Part shown: positions 29,298 through 38,191 of the stretch, in pieces
Layout: every line of letters begins with the position of its first letter
Position numbering within the stretch: position 1 is the stretch's first letter
Source: an uncultured Alkaliphilus sp.
GTDB taxonomy: Bacteria > Bacillota > Clostridia > Peptostreptococcales > Natronincolaceae
Reading direction: 5' to 3'
NCBI GenBank assembly: GCA_964383985.1
Contig: CAYLIZ010000003.1
Location: 1 to 39,594 of the forward strand
DNA: 39,594 bases
The notes under the pieces: model-generated
Databases searched by the model: none
What the model saw: only the letters and a program-made list of their open reading frames with translations
What the model was told of the DNA's origin: nothing
Made by a program: the position numbers and the translations under genes

Positions 29298-30932
29298 CTA
29301 TTCGATAGAAAATATATAATAATACAATGGTTGCCCACCATAATATAATTCGACATCTACATCTTCATACTTATTGGTTAGTTCCTCCAATATTTCATTA
29401 GCTTCTTCCTCGGTTATATCAGATCCATAAAAAATAGTTATTATTTCGCTTTCATCTGTTACTATTTCCTCCATAAGATTTATACATACTTGCTTAACGT
29501 CTTTTCCTACAGATTTTATTTCATCATCGCAAATTCCTAAAATATCACCCTTATGGATTTCTAAAGCATTATAATCAGTATCTCTGACAGCATAAGTAAC
29601 CTGAGCTGTTTTAACTGTTTTGATAGCCTCTACCATTGTTTCTTCATTAGCCTCTGGAGCAGCCTCAAAATCGAATGACAACAGAGCTGCTAACCCCTGT
29701 GGAATAGATTTTGAAGGAATTACAATAATATTCTTATCTGAAATATCCCTGGCCTGGCTAGCCGCCATAAAAACATTGCTGTTATTAGGTAAAATAATTA
29801 TTGTTTCAGCATTGATGTCTTTAATAGCATTTATAAAATCCTCCGTACTCGGGTTCATAGTTTGTCCGCCTTCAATTACATGAACAAAAACAAAATCTTT
29901 AAATATTCTAATCAGTCCTTCTCCTGCCGCAACCACTATAAAACCGTATTTATTTACTTCCTTTTCATTCTCTACATCAGTTTTTTTCTCATTCTGTTTA
30001 AATATTTCATGCTTATGCTGTAATCTCATATTATCTATTTTTATATCGCTCAGTTGCCCGGTTTCTAATGCATATTCTATTATCCTTCCCGGATGATCAG
30101 TATGTATATGTACCTTTACAACGCTATTATTTCCAACTACCAACATCGAGTCTCCATATCCCCCTATGGTTTTTTTAAATTTATCAATATTCAAGTTATC
30201 AGTATGGATTATAAATTCTGTACAATACCCAAATTCTATTTCACCATCGATCTCTTCTGTATGATAGACATAATCACCTTCTATAGCACTATCCTCTTCA
30301 GGCACATGTGCATCTTTGGTAATACTGGCCAATATCCCTGAATATATATAAACTAACCCTTTACCACCGGAATCAACAACCCCCGCATCCTCCAATACCT
30401 TCAGCATTCCCGGTGTCCTGCTGAGAGACTTTTCAGCTTCTATAACAACCTTCTCTATAAAGGTTACAATATCTTTTTCAGTGTTTGAAATTATTAATGC
30501 AGCCTCTGCACTTTCCCTAGCAACCGTTAGGATAGTGCCTTCCACCGGTTTCATAACTGCTTTATATGCAACATCAGAAGCAGTCATAAGCGCTTCAGCT
30601 AAATTTTTAGTATTGATTTTATTCCTACCTTTAATTCCTTTTGCAAATCCCCTGAAAAGTTGGGACAAAATTACTCCGGAATTACCTCTAGCACCCATTA
30701 AGGACCCATTAGCAGCAGCACTAGCAACGTCTTCTAATGTATTAGTTTTTACAGCCTTTATCTCCCTAACCGCGGATTGCATAGTCAATGACATATTTGT
30801 TCCGGTATCCCCATCGGGAACAGGAAATACATTTAAAGAATTAACTATATCTTTGTTTTTTTCTAGGGATTGTGCACCCGATATTATCATTTTTTTTAGT
30901 AATGATCCATCAATGTATTCAATCTCCAACAT
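29298..30932 (-). CDS. fakA: DAK2-domain protein of the YloV/FakA (fatty-acid kinase) family
   Basis: 544-aa ORF with the Dak2 motif PVPDGDTGTNM and a C-terminal DegV-like/uncharacterised domain. It is paired with an Asp23-family gene, as in Bacillus and Staphylococcus. Confidence 0.85.
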   Translation of the reverse strand: MLEIEYIDGSLLKKMIISGAQSLEKNKDIVNSLNVFPVPDGDTGTNMSLTMQSAVREIKAVKTNTLEDVASAAANGSLMGARGNSGVILSQLFRGFAKGIKGRNKINTKNLAEALMTASDVAYKAVMKPVEGTILTVARESAEAALIISNTEKDIVTFIEKVVIEAEKSLSRTPGMLKVLEDAGVVDSGGKGLVYIYSGILASITKDAHVPEEDSAIEGDYVYHTEEIDGEIEFGYCTEFIIHTDNLNIDKFKKTIGGYGDSMLVVGNNSVVKVHIHTDHPGRIIEYALETGQLSDIKIDNMRLQHKHEIFKQNEKKTDVENEKEVNKYGFIVVAAGEGLIRIFKDFVFVHVIEGGQTMNPSTEDFINAIKDINAETIIILPNNSNVFMAASQARDISDKNIIVIPSKSIPQGLAALLSFDFEAAPEANEETMVEAIKTVKTAQVTYAVRDTDYNALEIHKGDILGICDDEIKSVGKDVKQVCINLMEEIVTDESEIITIFYGSDITEEEANEILEELTNKYEDVDVELYYGGQPLYYYIFSIE

Positions 30933-30947
30933 CAGTACCTCCTTAAA

Positions 30948-31304
30948 TTATTTCTGTACTCTGACACCTTGAACATTAATGTTAACCTTTTTGATATTCA
31001 TTCCTGTCAGATGTTCTATATTATATTTTACTTTTTCTATAATATTGTTTGCAACTACAGATATGCGAGTGCCAAATTCCACAATTACAAATATATCAAT
31101 TGTTATTTCATTCTCCTCAGTGTGTACCTTAACACCCCTTCCTGATTGCTCCCTCTTAAGCAATTCTACAAGTCCACCTGCCGCAGATTTGGCTGCCATA
31201 CCCACTACTCCATAACACTCCATGGTTGAAACACCTGCAATAGATGTTAAAACATGATCATCAATTATAATAGTACCTAAATTATTAATTAATTTACCTG
31301 GCAT
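30948..31304 (-). CDS. Asp23/Gls24-family (YloU-like) protein
   Basis: 118-aa ORF with the typical Asp23 family pattern (IAGVSTMECYGVVGM...VNINVQGV). RBS is GGGAGG. Confidence 0.88.
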   Translation of the reverse strand: MPGKLINNLGTIIIDDHVLTSIAGVSTMECYGVVGMAAKSAAGGLVELLKREQSGRGVKVHTEENEITIDIFVIVEFGTRISVVANNIIEKVKYNIEHLTGMNIKKVNINVQGVRVQK

Positions 31305-31402
31305 TAAAAAACCTCCCTGATTTATTTCTTACTCAACTATATTTATTCCCTTTTCTATTACAATATAATTCTCAAAAATAACTATATACAATATAATATC
31401 AC

Positions 31403-31431
31403 ATTGTATATGATTATTGACGATAGTTCAA
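31403..31431 (-). promoter_or_regulatory. Candidate SigA promoter for the asp23-fakA operon
   Basis: On the minus strand, TTGAAC, a 17-nt spacer, then TACAAT. The -10 lies inside a 9-bp inverted repeat (31384-31392 and 31403-31411). Confidence 0.4.
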
Positions 31432-31507
31432 TAGTAGACTATGACTACTATAATCGTGCTAAGACTTTCCAATAGTTGCAAGATTTTTATATATTTTTTA
31501 ATTAATA

Positions 31508-31536
31508 TTGAATAAATATGTTATATATGATAATAT
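31508..31536 (+). promoter_or_regulatory. Candidate SigA promoter for rpmB
   Basis: TTGAAT, a 17-nt spacer, then TAATAT, about 45 nt upstream of the rpmB ATG. Confidence 0.45.
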
Positions 31537-31581
31537 TATTATGCTTTAGAGGATGAACTGGGCTAGAAGGAGGTGCTCGTG

Positions 31582-31773
31582 ATGGCAAGAGTATGCCAAA
31601 TTTGTAATAAAGGTAAAATTTCAGGTAGTAAAATCAGTCATTCAAACCGCCATAGTAAAAGAACTTGGGAACCTAACCTAAAAAGAGTTAAAGCCGTAGT
31701 AAATGGTACAATAAAAAGAATCAATGTATGTACAAGATGCCTGCGCTCCGGTAAGGTTAAAAGAGCTTTATAA
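31582..31773 (+). CDS. rpmB: 50S ribosomal protein L28
   Basis: MARVCQICNKG...SHSNRHSKRTWEPNLK (63 aa). The ATG is preceded by AAGGAGG. Confidence 0.96.
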   Translation: MARVCQICNKGKISGSKISHSNRHSKRTWEPNLKRVKAVVNGTIKRINVCTRCLRSGKVKRAL

Positions 31774-31781
31774 TTTTATAT

Positions 31782-31813
31782 AAAAAAGCCTCCATTAAAT
31801 TGGCGGCTTTTTG
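31782..31813. terminator. Bidirectional intrinsic terminator shared by rpmB (+) and the small ORF (-)
   Basis: Stem aaaagcctcca/tggcggctttt (31784-31794 and 31801-31811) with one mismatch and a 6-nt loop. It has a T-run on the plus strand and a matching A-run upstream, which reads as a T-run on the minus strand. Confidence 0.7.
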
Positions 31814-31816
31814 TAC

Positions 31817-31984
31817 TTAATCTATTTTACATAATAGCAATCCTATTATAATAAATAAGCTAGCTATTATAAGAAACCATACTTGTAGTGGAATAATATA
31901 TAAAAATATTGTTACTCCAATCAATATAATTATTAACCCAATAAGTTTTAATGAAGAATGCCTTCTTCTTTTCCTTCTAAACAT
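31817..31984 (-). CDS. Hypothetical small membrane protein (55 aa, two predicted TM helices)
   Basis: This ORF is below the ORF-track cutoff and I translated it by hand: MFRRKRRRHSSLKLIGLIIILIGVTIFLYIIPLQVWFLIIASLFIIIGLLLCKID. It has a basic N-terminus followed by two hydrophobic stretches. There is a weak RBS (GTAGGCGAAG), a promoter-like TTGTTT-16-TATAAT upstream and hairpin terminators on both sides. Confidence 0.5.
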   Translation of the reverse strand: MFRRKRRRHSSLKLIGLIIILIGVTIFLYIIPLQVWFLIIASLFIIIGLLLCKID

Positions 31985-32006
31985 ATCTTCGCCTACTTTA
32001 TAAAGT

Positions 32007-32034
32007 ATTATATTATTATACTATTCGTAAACAA
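32007..32034 (-). promoter_or_regulatory. Candidate promoter for the 55-aa ORF
   Basis: On the minus strand, TTGTTT, a 16-nt spacer, then TATAAT, about 22 nt upstream of the ATG at 31984. Confidence 0.3.
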
Positions 32035-32082
32035 TAAAAAATGTCACAAAATATCCGGAATTTTGTGACGCTTTTTGTTTTT
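32030..32082. terminator. Bidirectional hairpin terminator downstream of thiN
   Basis: Perfect 10-bp stem gtcacaaaat/attttgtgac (32043-32052 and 32060-32069) with a 7-nt loop. It is flanked by aaacaataaaaaa upstream and gctttttgtttttta downstream. Confidence 0.65.
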
Positions 32083-32167
32083 TATATTTAAATTAATCCA
32101 TTTTATTAATGTAAATAAAAAGCCAAATATCTAGTAAAAATATATGTAACTACAGTTTCACCCCGAC

Positions 32168-32809
32168 CTATTCTTCATAACAGATTTTAACAACTAATAA
32201 AATGCCATCTCCAACCGATATGACAACCTCCTCCGCTATAGATTTATTGCTAATTCCCAAAGAACTACCCATTTCGATATTATAGTTAGTTATAGAATAT
32301 TCTAACCCCTTCAGGGTAACTCCTTTTGCATCTCCGCCAATGGGTATAATAGATATAGTTTGTCCTATTTGGCACTTCATTTTTAAGATATCGCTAGTTA
32401 CAGTAATATAATTTATTTCATCAATGATAACTGCATTAATGCCTATTTTATGTATTTTATATAATAGCATTATATTGCTTAAACTATGATCCATACGTGT
32501 ACCCATAGCGCCTATAATAGTTATTTGATTTGGATTTTGTTTTAAAGCAAATTCCACAGCTAATTCCGTATCTGTCATATCTTTTTTCGTTGGAAATTGC
32601 TGAATTTTAACATTATTTTTTTTTATCCACTCCAAAGTTTTTTTATTAATAGAATCAAGGTCGCCCACCAATAAGTTTGGACAAATATTTAAATCCCTTA
32701 AGTATTTAGCTGCACCATCTGCACAAATAATATAATTACTATTTTTAATGACAGATTGTAAAAAATTTGTATCTTTGATATCACCATTTGATACTATCGT
32801 TACTTCCAT
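32168..32809 (-). CDS. thiN: Thiamine pyrophosphokinase
   Basis: TPK pattern (IICADGAA...LVGDLDS...TKKDMTD.E) plus a C-terminal thiamine-binding domain. The start is set at the internal ATG (MEVTIVSNG), which has an AAGGA RBS. The ORF-track start would overlap rpe and has no RBS. Confidence 0.9.
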   Translation of the reverse strand: MEVTIVSNGDIKDTNFLQSVIKNSNYIICADGAAKYLRDLNICPNLLVGDLDSINKKTLEWIKKNNVKIQQFPTKKDMTDTELAVEFALKQNPNQITIIGAMGTRMDHSLSNIMLLYKIHKIGINAVIIDEINYITVTSDILKMKCQIGQTISIIPIGGDAKGVTLKGLEYSITNYNIEMGSSLGISNKSIAEEVVISVGDGILLVVKICYEE

Positions 32810-32828
32810 ATTATTTTCATCCTTCGAT

Positions 32829-33479
32829 TTACCACGCATTTGCTCTAAATTGCTTTACTGTTTGTTTAATGTTTTTACTGTTAAATATAGCAGAGCCGGC
32901 AACAATTATATTAGCACCTGCTTTAATAATTTTTTTAACATTATCTACTTTAATCCCTCCGTCTACCTGAATATCGATATTGAGCCCCTTATCATCTATC
33001 ATTTTTTTTAATGCTCTTATCTTAGGTAGACCGGACTCTATAAAACTTTGTCCCCCAAAACCGGGGTTAACAGTCATTAAAAGCACCATATCTAAATCTT
33101 TTAATATATACTCTAGCACATTTAAAGGTGTAGCAGGATTTAATGCAACAGATGCCTTTACATTGTGAGCCTTTATAAACTGTATAGTTCTATGTAGATG
33201 GATACAAGCCTCGCTATGAACAGATATAATATGAGCACCTGCTTTTACAAACTGCGGAATATATTTATCGGGATTTTCTATCATCAAATGTACATCAAAA
33301 GGAAGTTTAGTTTTTCCTTTTAAACTTTCCATTATGAGAGGACCCATCGTGATATTGGGTACAAAGTGCCCATCCATTACATCTATATGGAGCATATCGC
33401 ACCCTGCCTCTTCTACCATTTTTATATCCTTTAATAAATTAGAAAAATCTGCTGACAATATTGATGGGGCTAATTTCAT
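32829..33479 (-). CDS. rpe: Ribulose-phosphate 3-epimerase
   Basis: Motifs SILSADF, HIDVMDGHFVPN, MTVNPGFGGQ and VDGGI. The start is set at ATG (MKLAPSIL) after AGGAGG. Confidence 0.96.
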   Translation of the reverse strand: MKLAPSILSADFSNLLKDIKMVEEAGCDMLHIDVMDGHFVPNITMGPLIMESLKGKTKLPFDVHLMIENPDKYIPQFVKAGAHIISVHSEACIHLHRTIQFIKAHNVKASVALNPATPLNVLEYILKDLDMVLLMTVNPGFGGQSFIESGLPKIRALKKMIDDKGLNIDIQVDGGIKVDNVKKIIKAGANIIVAGSAIFNSKNIKQTVKQFRANAW

Positions 33480-33483
33480 TGTT

Positions 33484-34362
33484 TTAATACCTCCTACTTT
33501 TCCTAATTTCATCAATTAGCTGAATATAGCTATTATGCCTCTGCTGTGGAATTGTGCCTAATTCTATGGCTTCTTTAATGGCACAACTAGGTTCGTTTAT
33601 ATGTTTGCAGGAGTTAAACCTACAAGAATTTATATAGGATGTAAATTCCGGGAAATAATAATGTAAATCTTCTTCATCTATAAAATCAATAGCCAAAGAA
33701 CTAAAACCCGGAGTATCTACAACCCAGCTATTTCCCCCAACATTTATAAGCTCTGCATGTCTTGTAATATGTCTCCCCCTCCCGGTTTTTAAACTTACTT
33801 TCCCTGTTTCTAATTGTAAATCCGGGTATATACAGTTTAAAAGAGTAGATTTACCGACTCCGGAAGGTCCCGCAAATACTGTAGTTTTGTTTTTAAGCTC
33901 TTTTTTTAGATTTTCTATCCCTTTGTTTTGTTTACCACTGACTAATATTACCTTATAGCCAATTGATTTATAGATATTAACAATTTTCTCATATTCCGGC
34001 TCCTCTAACAAATCAATTTTATTAAAACAAATAATTATTTTTAGCCTTTGACTCTCCGCTAAAATTAAAAATCTATCCAAGAGAGAAAAATGGGGCTCCG
34101 GCTGAATTACTGCGAATACAACTATAACTTGGTCTACATTTGAGACAGAAGGTCTAATTAATTCATTACACCGAACATCTATTTTTTCTATAACACCTTT
34201 TTTGTTTCTATCTTCTAAAATGCTTATTTTAACATAATCTCCGATTACAGGAACGATTTTTTTCTTTCTAAAGAGCCCCCTGGGTTTACATTCGAATATT
34301 TCACCCTCTACATCGACATAATAAAAACCTCCTACCCCCTTTATCAATCTACCCCTGTACAT
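33484..34362 (-). CDS. rsgA: Ribosome small-subunit biogenesis GTPase RsgA (YloQ/CpgA)
   Basis: Circularly permuted GTPase with NKIDL preceding GPSGVGKST and DTPG, plus a C-terminal zinc-binding CRFNSCKHINEPSC. Its ATG overlaps the prkC stop (TAATG). Confidence 0.95.
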   Translation of the reverse strand: MYRGRLIKGVGGFYYVDVEGEIFECKPRGLFRKKKIVPVIGDYVKISILEDRNKKGVIEKIDVRCNELIRPSVSNVDQVIVVFAVIQPEPHFSLLDRFLILAESQRLKIIICFNKIDLLEEPEYEKIVNIYKSIGYKVILVSGKQNKGIENLKKELKNKTTVFAGPSGVGKSTLLNCIYPDLQLETGKVSLKTGRGRHITRHAELINVGGNSWVVDTPGFSSLAIDFIDEEDLHYYFPEFTSYINSCRFNSCKHINEPSCAIKEAIELGTIPQQRHNSYIQLIDEIRKSRRY

Positions 34363-36332
34363 TAAACACCTCCCCGAAAATCTATTTCCTGTGTTCCTAA
34401 TAACTCTCCATCAACATATATAGCATATTTTTGCTGACCGGTTCCGGTTACAGATACACTTACAATCTTGTTTTCTGTTTTGTCTAAATCATGTTGTTCA
34501 TCATATATCTTTTTGATTTTATCTTCACTTATTTGTTCAACTACAATGTTAACATTACCGGTATATTCACTTAAATCAATTGTAATTGGTTTCGATATTG
34601 GGGATTGCTCATCTCCATCCTGATCATGCCCGTCAGGATCTTCCGTTTGATCCGGTGCATCGCTACCCTTACTAACAACTATGTTAACAGTAGATCCTAC
34701 ATTAACCTTTTCATTTGGTGGGATACTTTGTTCAATAACATATCCTTTTACATATATATCACTATGTCTCTCAGTGATAGTTCCTTCAAGTCTATTTTGT
34801 GAAATTAAATTTTTGGCCTCTTCTAAAGTTTTTCCTACTAATTTTGGCATAGATATAGTTTCAGGCTTTAAGCCTTTACTCACTACGTAACTGACTTTAG
34901 TACCTGATGATACTTTAGTTCCTGCTATTGGGTCCTGTCTAATTATAGTTCCCATAGGTAATTCACTAGACTCTTCAACAACTGTTCCGGGTATTAATCC
35001 TTCCTTTATTAATAATCCTTCAGCATCCATGACATTTTCATAAACTAGATTTGGAACCACAGCTAATTTACTTCCTTTACTAACTGTAACTTTAACTATA
35101 GTATTCTTTCTTACCATCATTCCTTCTGAAATATCCTGTTTAATTATTTCATCCTTTGGTACAGTATCATCATTCACTAGAGTTGCATTTAACCGGAGTC
35201 CTATTTTTTCTGCCTCTTTTTCAGCATCTTGAATATTCCAACCTTCAAAATTTGGCACCTTTACATCCTCCACCTTGAAAAAATCGGCCAGATAAAGAAC
35301 CCCAAATGTAAATAATAGGGCAGCCACTAAGGCAGCTACGACAGCAGAACCTATTATAAATTTACGTTTCTTATTTTTGGGGGACGATTTATTTTTGGTA
35401 TCCAAATTATCTTTATTGTTAATTGAATTCTTTATTTCATCAGCTGTAACAGATGGAATAACTTGCGTCGGCGAATCTTCTATTTTCAAGGTGTTATTTA
35501 TATCACCTAAATCAATATTACTTTTAACCTTATATAGATCCTCTATTAACTCTGCAGCACTGGCATACCTAGCAGATTGTTCTTTTTGAATCAGTTTCAT
35601 AATTATAGATTCCAAATCTTTTGAAATAGAAGAATTATATTTAGAGGGTATTTCCGGTTTTTCTTGAATATGTTTTAATGCGACTGTAACCGGTGCATCA
35701 CCTTCAAACGGTAACCTACCGGTAGCCATCTCATACATAACAATGCCCAGAGAATACAAATCCGATTTTTCATCAGTATAACCTCCCCTGGCCTGCTCCG
35801 GGGCAAAATAATGGACAGAACCAATTATATTTCCGGCATTAGTAATAGTAGAAGATGTGGCTGCTAAAGCAATGCCAAAATCTGTAACCTTGGCTCTACC
35901 ATCTTCTGTTACTAAAATATTATGGGGCTTAATGTCTCGGTGAATAATATGATTAGAATGAGCATGTTTTAATGCCAATGCTATTTGCCTTGCAAAATCT
36001 ACTATTTCACCTATAGAAAGTTTTCCTTTTTCTTTAATCAATTGTTTCAAAGTTTTACCGTCCACATATTCCATAACAATGTAATAAATATTATCCTCTT
36101 CTCCTACATCATATATATTAACTATATTAGGATGAGATAAACTAGCTGCAGCTTGAGACTCTTTTTTAAATTTATCCAATAAATCTTTATCACTGATAAA
36201 TTCTGATCTCAATATTTTAATTGCAACGTAACGATTTAGCAATTGACATTTTGCTTTATATACTAGAGCCATCCCTCCCCCGCCTATTTTTTCAACAATT
36301 TCATATCTTTTACCTAATATTTTACCAATCAT
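34362..36332 (-). CDS. prkC: Ser/Thr protein kinase with PASTA repeats
   Basis: Hanks kinase motifs (GGGGMALVYKA, HRDIKPHN, DFG, APE), one TM helix, three PASTA-like repeats and a C-terminal beta-rich domain. Confidence 0.95.
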   Translation of the reverse strand: MIGKILGKRYEIVEKIGGGGMALVYKAKCQLLNRYVAIKILRSEFISDKDLLDKFKKESQAAASLSHPNIVNIYDVGEEDNIYYIVMEYVDGKTLKQLIKEKGKLSIGEIVDFARQIALALKHAHSNHIIHRDIKPHNILVTEDGRAKVTDFGIALAATSSTITNAGNIIGSVHYFAPEQARGGYTDEKSDLYSLGIVMYEMATGRLPFEGDAPVTVALKHIQEKPEIPSKYNSSISKDLESIIMKLIQKEQSARYASAAELIEDLYKVKSNIDLGDINNTLKIEDSPTQVIPSVTADEIKNSINNKDNLDTKNKSSPKNKKRKFIIGSAVVAALVAALLFTFGVLYLADFFKVEDVKVPNFEGWNIQDAEKEAEKIGLRLNATLVNDDTVPKDEIIKQDISEGMMVRKNTIVKVTVSKGSKLAVVPNLVYENVMDAEGLLIKEGLIPGTVVEESSELPMGTIIRQDPIAGTKVSSGTKVSYVVSKGLKPETISMPKLVGKTLEEAKNLISQNRLEGTITERHSDIYVKGYVIEQSIPPNEKVNVGSTVNIVVSKGSDAPDQTEDPDGHDQDGDEQSPISKPITIDLSEYTGNVNIVVEQISEDKIKKIYDEQHDLDKTENKIVSVSVTGTGQQKYAIYVDGELLGTQEIDFRGGV

Positions 36333-36336
36333 GTAT

Positions 36337-37086
36337 TCACCTACTTTCTATATTTCTTCCATTATATTTTGCAACTAATACTGTAATATTATCATACCCT
36401 CCTCTTTTATTTGCCATTGATACCAACCTTTCACATATTTCTTTGCTATCTTTTATCTCCAACGCAATTTTTTCAATTTCATGTTTATCTACAAAATTAC
36501 TTAAACCATCAGTACATAAAATTAATATATCTGAAGGTAAAAAACTAGTTGTAAAAATATCAACTTTAATATTTTTATCTATTCCCAGAGCCCTGGTTAT
36601 AATATTTTTTCGAGGATGTTCCATCGCTTCGGCTTCAGTAATGTTACCACTCCTGACCAATTCTGCAACCAAGGAATGATCAGAAGTTATTTGTTGAATG
36701 TCGTTATCTCTTATAATATAAGCTCTACTATCCCCTACATGACCTATATAAAGAGTAGAATTTATTTTTAACGCTAATGTGGTAGTTGTTCCCATTCCAT
36801 CGCAATACAAATTTTCTTTAGCATGTGCATAAATATTTTCATTCGCTTTGTTAAAAGCTTCATATATAATTCCTTTAATCAATTGTTCTTCTATATTAGT
36901 AGAAATGTATTTAATAATATGGTCTTTAATATTATCAACGGCAATAGAACTGGCAACCTCACCCGCGTTATGACCTCCCATGCCGTCAGCAACAATGAAT
37001 AAGCCATAATCTTTTTCCAAAACACAGTAGTTGTCTTCATTTATATCCCTAACTTTTCCAATATGTGAAATAGCCCATATATTCAT
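36337..37086 (-). CDS. prpC: PP2C-family Ser/Thr phosphatase
   Basis: PP2C motifs (INEDNY, VADGMGGH, CTDGLS, GGYDNITV). The start is set at the internal ATG (MNIWAISH) after a G-rich RBS. Confidence 0.93.
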   Translation of the reverse strand: MNIWAISHIGKVRDINEDNYCVLEKDYGLFIVADGMGGHNAGEVASSIAVDNIKDHIIKYISTNIEEQLIKGIIYEAFNKANENIYAHAKENLYCDGMGTTTTLALKINSTLYIGHVGDSRAYIIRDNDIQQITSDHSLVAELVRSGNITEAEAMEHPRKNIITRALGIDKNIKVDIFTTSFLPSDILILCTDGLSNFVDKHEIEKIALEIKDSKEICERLVSMANKRGGYDNITVLVAKYNGRNIESR

Positions 37087-37140
37087 CCTCTCCCCCCCTT
37101 GCATAAATTCTTGTTGTTTATATTATTTTAATCGTTTTTA

Positions 37141-38172
37141 TTACTTTTGTAAATATTTTCTTCGAAGTTGTCCACAAGCTGCATTAATATCTGTACCTAT
37201 CTCTCTCCTTATTGTAGCATCTATTCCAAATTCTTGTAATATTTGTCGAAACCTTCTAATATCTTCTCTGTCCGGTCTTTTATATCCTTTTTCCTTTATG
37301 GTATTTACAGGTATTAAATTTACATAACAAAGCATGCCTTTTAACAGATTAGATAACTCCTTAGCATGAAAATCCCTATCATTGACACCTTCTATTAAAA
37401 CGTATTCGAAACTTACCCTTCGTCCGGTTTTATCAATATAATATTTACAACTTTCTATCAGTTCCTTAATAGAATATTTTTTAGCCACCGGCATAATCTG
37501 TTTTCTTAATTCATCGTTAGGAGCATGAAGGGATATTGCTAAATTAATAGGTATTTGTAAATCCGCCAAGGCCTTAATTTGAGGTACTAAACCCGAGGTT
37601 GAAATTGTAATACGTCTACTACCTATATTTAAACCATTTTCATTATTTACTATTTTAATAAATTTTATAGTTTCATCAAAATTGTTTAGTGGTTCCCCAA
37701 TACCCATTAACACTATATTAGAAATTTCTTCCCCCATATCTTTTTGCATAGTTAACACTTGGTCTACCATTTCCCCCGCCCTTAAATTTCTAACTAAGCC
37801 TTTTAGTGTGGATGCACAAAAAGTACAACCCATGGCGCAGCCTACCTGTGTAGAAATACAAGCCGTCAACCCATAATGATATCTCATAACTACACCTTCT
37901 ATTATATTAGAATCTTCCAACAAAAATAAATATTTTATTGTACCATCTATATTAGAAACTAGTTTTTCTTTCGTCTTTATATTTGTAATATAAGTATGGT
38001 TCTTTAATTTCTCACGTAAAGGCTTTGACAGATTTGTCATTTCATCAAAATCTTTAACTCCTTTATTAACCCATTGGAATATTTGCTCACCTCTAAACTT
38101 CTTTTCATCCATATCGATTAAAAATTCTTCAATTTCCATAAGAGTCAAGCTTAACAAATCCCTTTTTGCCAT
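37141..38172 (-). CDS. rlmN: 23S rRNA/tRNA (adenine-C2)-methyltransferase, radical SAM
   Basis: Radical-SAM CxxxCxxC motif (GCAMGCTFC), the MGIGEP motif and a conserved C-terminal Cys (AACGQL). Confidence 0.96.
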   Translation of the reverse strand: MAKRDLLSLTLMEIEEFLIDMDEKKFRGEQIFQWVNKGVKDFDEMTNLSKPLREKLKNHTYITNIKTKEKLVSNIDGTIKYLFLLEDSNIIEGVVMRYHYGLTACISTQVGCAMGCTFCASTLKGLVRNLRAGEMVDQVLTMQKDMGEEISNIVLMGIGEPLNNFDETIKFIKIVNNENGLNIGSRRITISTSGLVPQIKALADLQIPINLAISLHAPNDELRKQIMPVAKKYSIKELIESCKYYIDKTGRRVSFEYVLIEGVNDRDFHAKELSNLLKGMLCYVNLIPVNTIKEKGYKRPDREDIRRFRQILQEFGIDATIRREIGTDINAACGQLRRKYLQK

Positions 38173-38191
38173 AATTAACCCCCTAAATTCT

